From the NCBI GenBank assembly GCA_028715665.1, contig JAQURI010000002.1:1-60556 (forward strand): a DNA stretch of 60,556 nt, written 5' to 3'. A program made the position numbers and the translations under genes. Source of the DNA: Candidatus Ratteibacteria bacterium. Its GTDB lineage: Bacteria; CAIJMQ01. The notes beneath the pieces were generated by a model. The model was not told the origin of the DNA. It did not search any database and saw only the letters and a list, made by a program, of their open reading frames with translations. Shown piece by piece: positions 59,447 through 60,556 of this stretch; position 1 is the first letter of the stretch, and each line of letters starts with the position of its first letter.

Positions 59447-59740
59447 TCATCCTTGTTCATATTCCCAAATACCGCCGGGAATCGGTGTACCTATATATGT
59501 TCTTGGCGGGATTAATACTTTTTTTGTTTTAATAATTCCTCGTCTGGTTTTTGGTTTTTCAGCATAGATGTATACCACATAATGACCTTGTGCTGATTTT
59601 TTTAGAACGAACCAAACCTTCCGGCTGTTCCCATGATACATTGCAGAATTCGATAATCTATTGAACTCCTGTATTCCGGCTGTTTTTGTTGTCGGCACAC
59701 CGCCTGCCCCAATATAGTGTGGACTTAATCGGATTGGCAT
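59447..59740 (-). CDS. hypothetical protein
   Basis: 97-aa ORF. Confidence 0.45.
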   Translation of the reverse strand: MPIRLSPHYIGAGGVPTTKTAGIQEFNRLSNSAMYHGNSRKVWFVLKKSAQGHYVVYIYAEKPKTRRGIIKTKKVLIPPRTYIGTPIPGGIWEYEQG

Positions 59741-59832
59741 AATAACTCATCTTAATGCTATTGATAAGGTGTCATTTTGTTTTTGATTCCTTTTTTTTCC
59801 CATACTATAACCTCTGCAATGCTTTCTTGTGT

Positions 59833-60192
59833 TTAATATCTTCTTGTATATTGTATTTTACTACGTCTCTTAGCTTCTTCTTTAGCTTGTTTTTTAGTAT
59901 ATCCGCTTTGTATTAAAAGATGTATTTCTTTATTATCTATCCCACCACTCACGCCTTCGTGATAGAAGATGTTCTTCTGTTTCCAGTCCTTGGTTATCCC
60001 AACTAACCATATGCTCCATTCTGGATGTGCCAGCTTTGTCTCTTGATAAAGTGCCAGCATCCGTTTGTACTTATGCTCGTCATCCATCTTATGGGGTCTG
60101 ACTGATTGTGTGCCTGCACCTCTTTTGAGTTCTTCAGTCAGGTATTGAACTGCCCATTTTACGTTCTTTCCGCTTGCCCTTTTTATTGCCAT
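59833..60192 (-). CDS. hypothetical basic protein
   Basis: 119-aa ORF. Confidence 0.5.
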   Translation of the reverse strand: MAIKRASGKNVKWAVQYLTEELKRGAGTQSVRPHKMDDEHKYKRMLALYQETKLAHPEWSIWLVGITKDWKQKNIFYHEGVSGGIDNKEIHLLIQSGYTKKQAKEEAKRRSKIQYTRRY

Positions 60193-60197
60193 AGTAT

Positions 60198-60446
60198 TTA
60201 CACTCTCTGCAATTTTTTCTCCATATCAGCCAACTCTTGTTTTAGTTTACTAATTTCTGTTTTTATCCGGTTTGCTTCTGGAGATGTGCTGGTCGTTGCC
60301 TTCTCGTGTTCCTCTATTTGTAATGGGGTTCCAAGTTTATCCATCTTAAACTTTCGGGAAATATGAGTTGGGGTACTGATAGTCATCCCGGATTCCCATT
60401 TTTTATGTACTTCCTTGTATTCAAAATCGGGTTCTGTCAAGTCCAC
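60198..60446 (-). CDS. hypothetical protein
   Basis: 82-aa ORF (GTG start), coiled-coil C-terminus. Confidence 0.45.
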   Translation of the reverse strand: MDLTEPDFEYKEVHKKWESGMTISTPTHISRKFKMDKLGTPLQIEEHEKATTSTSPEANRIKTEISKLKQELADMEKKLQRV

Positions 60447-60556
60447 GTTTGCTCGACATACCTGTCCAAATTCGTTTGCTGAACGATTCTAAAAATAAAT
60501 TAAGTATTAATTCCTAATAATTTATCTAAAATATCATATTTTTTTATACCTGAAAC

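Noticed and set aside
1-60556. tRNA genes, attachment sites or integrase that would indicate an integrated provirus boundary.
   Set aside because: A scan by eye of GC-rich intergenic stretches found no cloverleaf-compatible sequence or T-loop (GTTCRANYC with flanking stems), and no tyrosine or serine recombinase ORF. An undetected tRNA cannot be excluded without tRNAscan-SE.

Overview
This 60.5-kb window is roughly 40% GC by eye and extremely gene-dense. It holds about 120 short-to-medium ORFs. About 90% lie on the minus strand, in tightly coupled chains where stop and start codons overlap (ATGA type). No rRNA, tRNA, CRISPR array, integrase or capsid/terminase gene is recognisable. Products I can recognise: archaeal PCNA; an MC1 chromatin protein (a Methanosarcinales/Halobacteria-type marker); a SET-domain methyltransferase; a T4 Rnl1-like RNA ligase; an SGNH/GDSL hydrolase (disrupted); an actin/MreB-fold ATPase; a wHTH-HNH endonuclease; YopX; a stand-alone NrdD C-terminal glycyl-radical domain; a frameshifted ATP-grasp-like gene; a 1030-aa GHKL-ATPase/HExxH protein; a DUF5661-like protein; a DUF2227-like membrane protein; a cluster of PEGA-domain or PGF-CTERM membrane-anchored surface proteins; and many wHTH and zinc-ribbon proteins. 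My interpretation (inference) is a segment of a large virus or other extrachromosomal element of a Methanosarcinales-like methanogen or methanotroph. Most notable observations: (1) a 648-bp cassette without a transposase, bounded by inverted repeats and an 8-bp target duplication, carries only the SET gene and has split the SGNH hydrolase gene; (2) the element encodes both MC1 and a SET methyltransferase; (3) a ~30-40 bp conserved 5' boundary motif is repeated before at least 9 small genes between 41 and 49.5 kb, distinct from a second, 27-nt promoter family used elsewhere; (4) ORF-poor, GC-richer stretches with strong hairpins and their own promoter-like motifs are candidate ncRNAs; (5) the 10-bp palindrome TGTACGTACA is strongly over-represented. 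Nearly all other ORFs have no function I can recognise.
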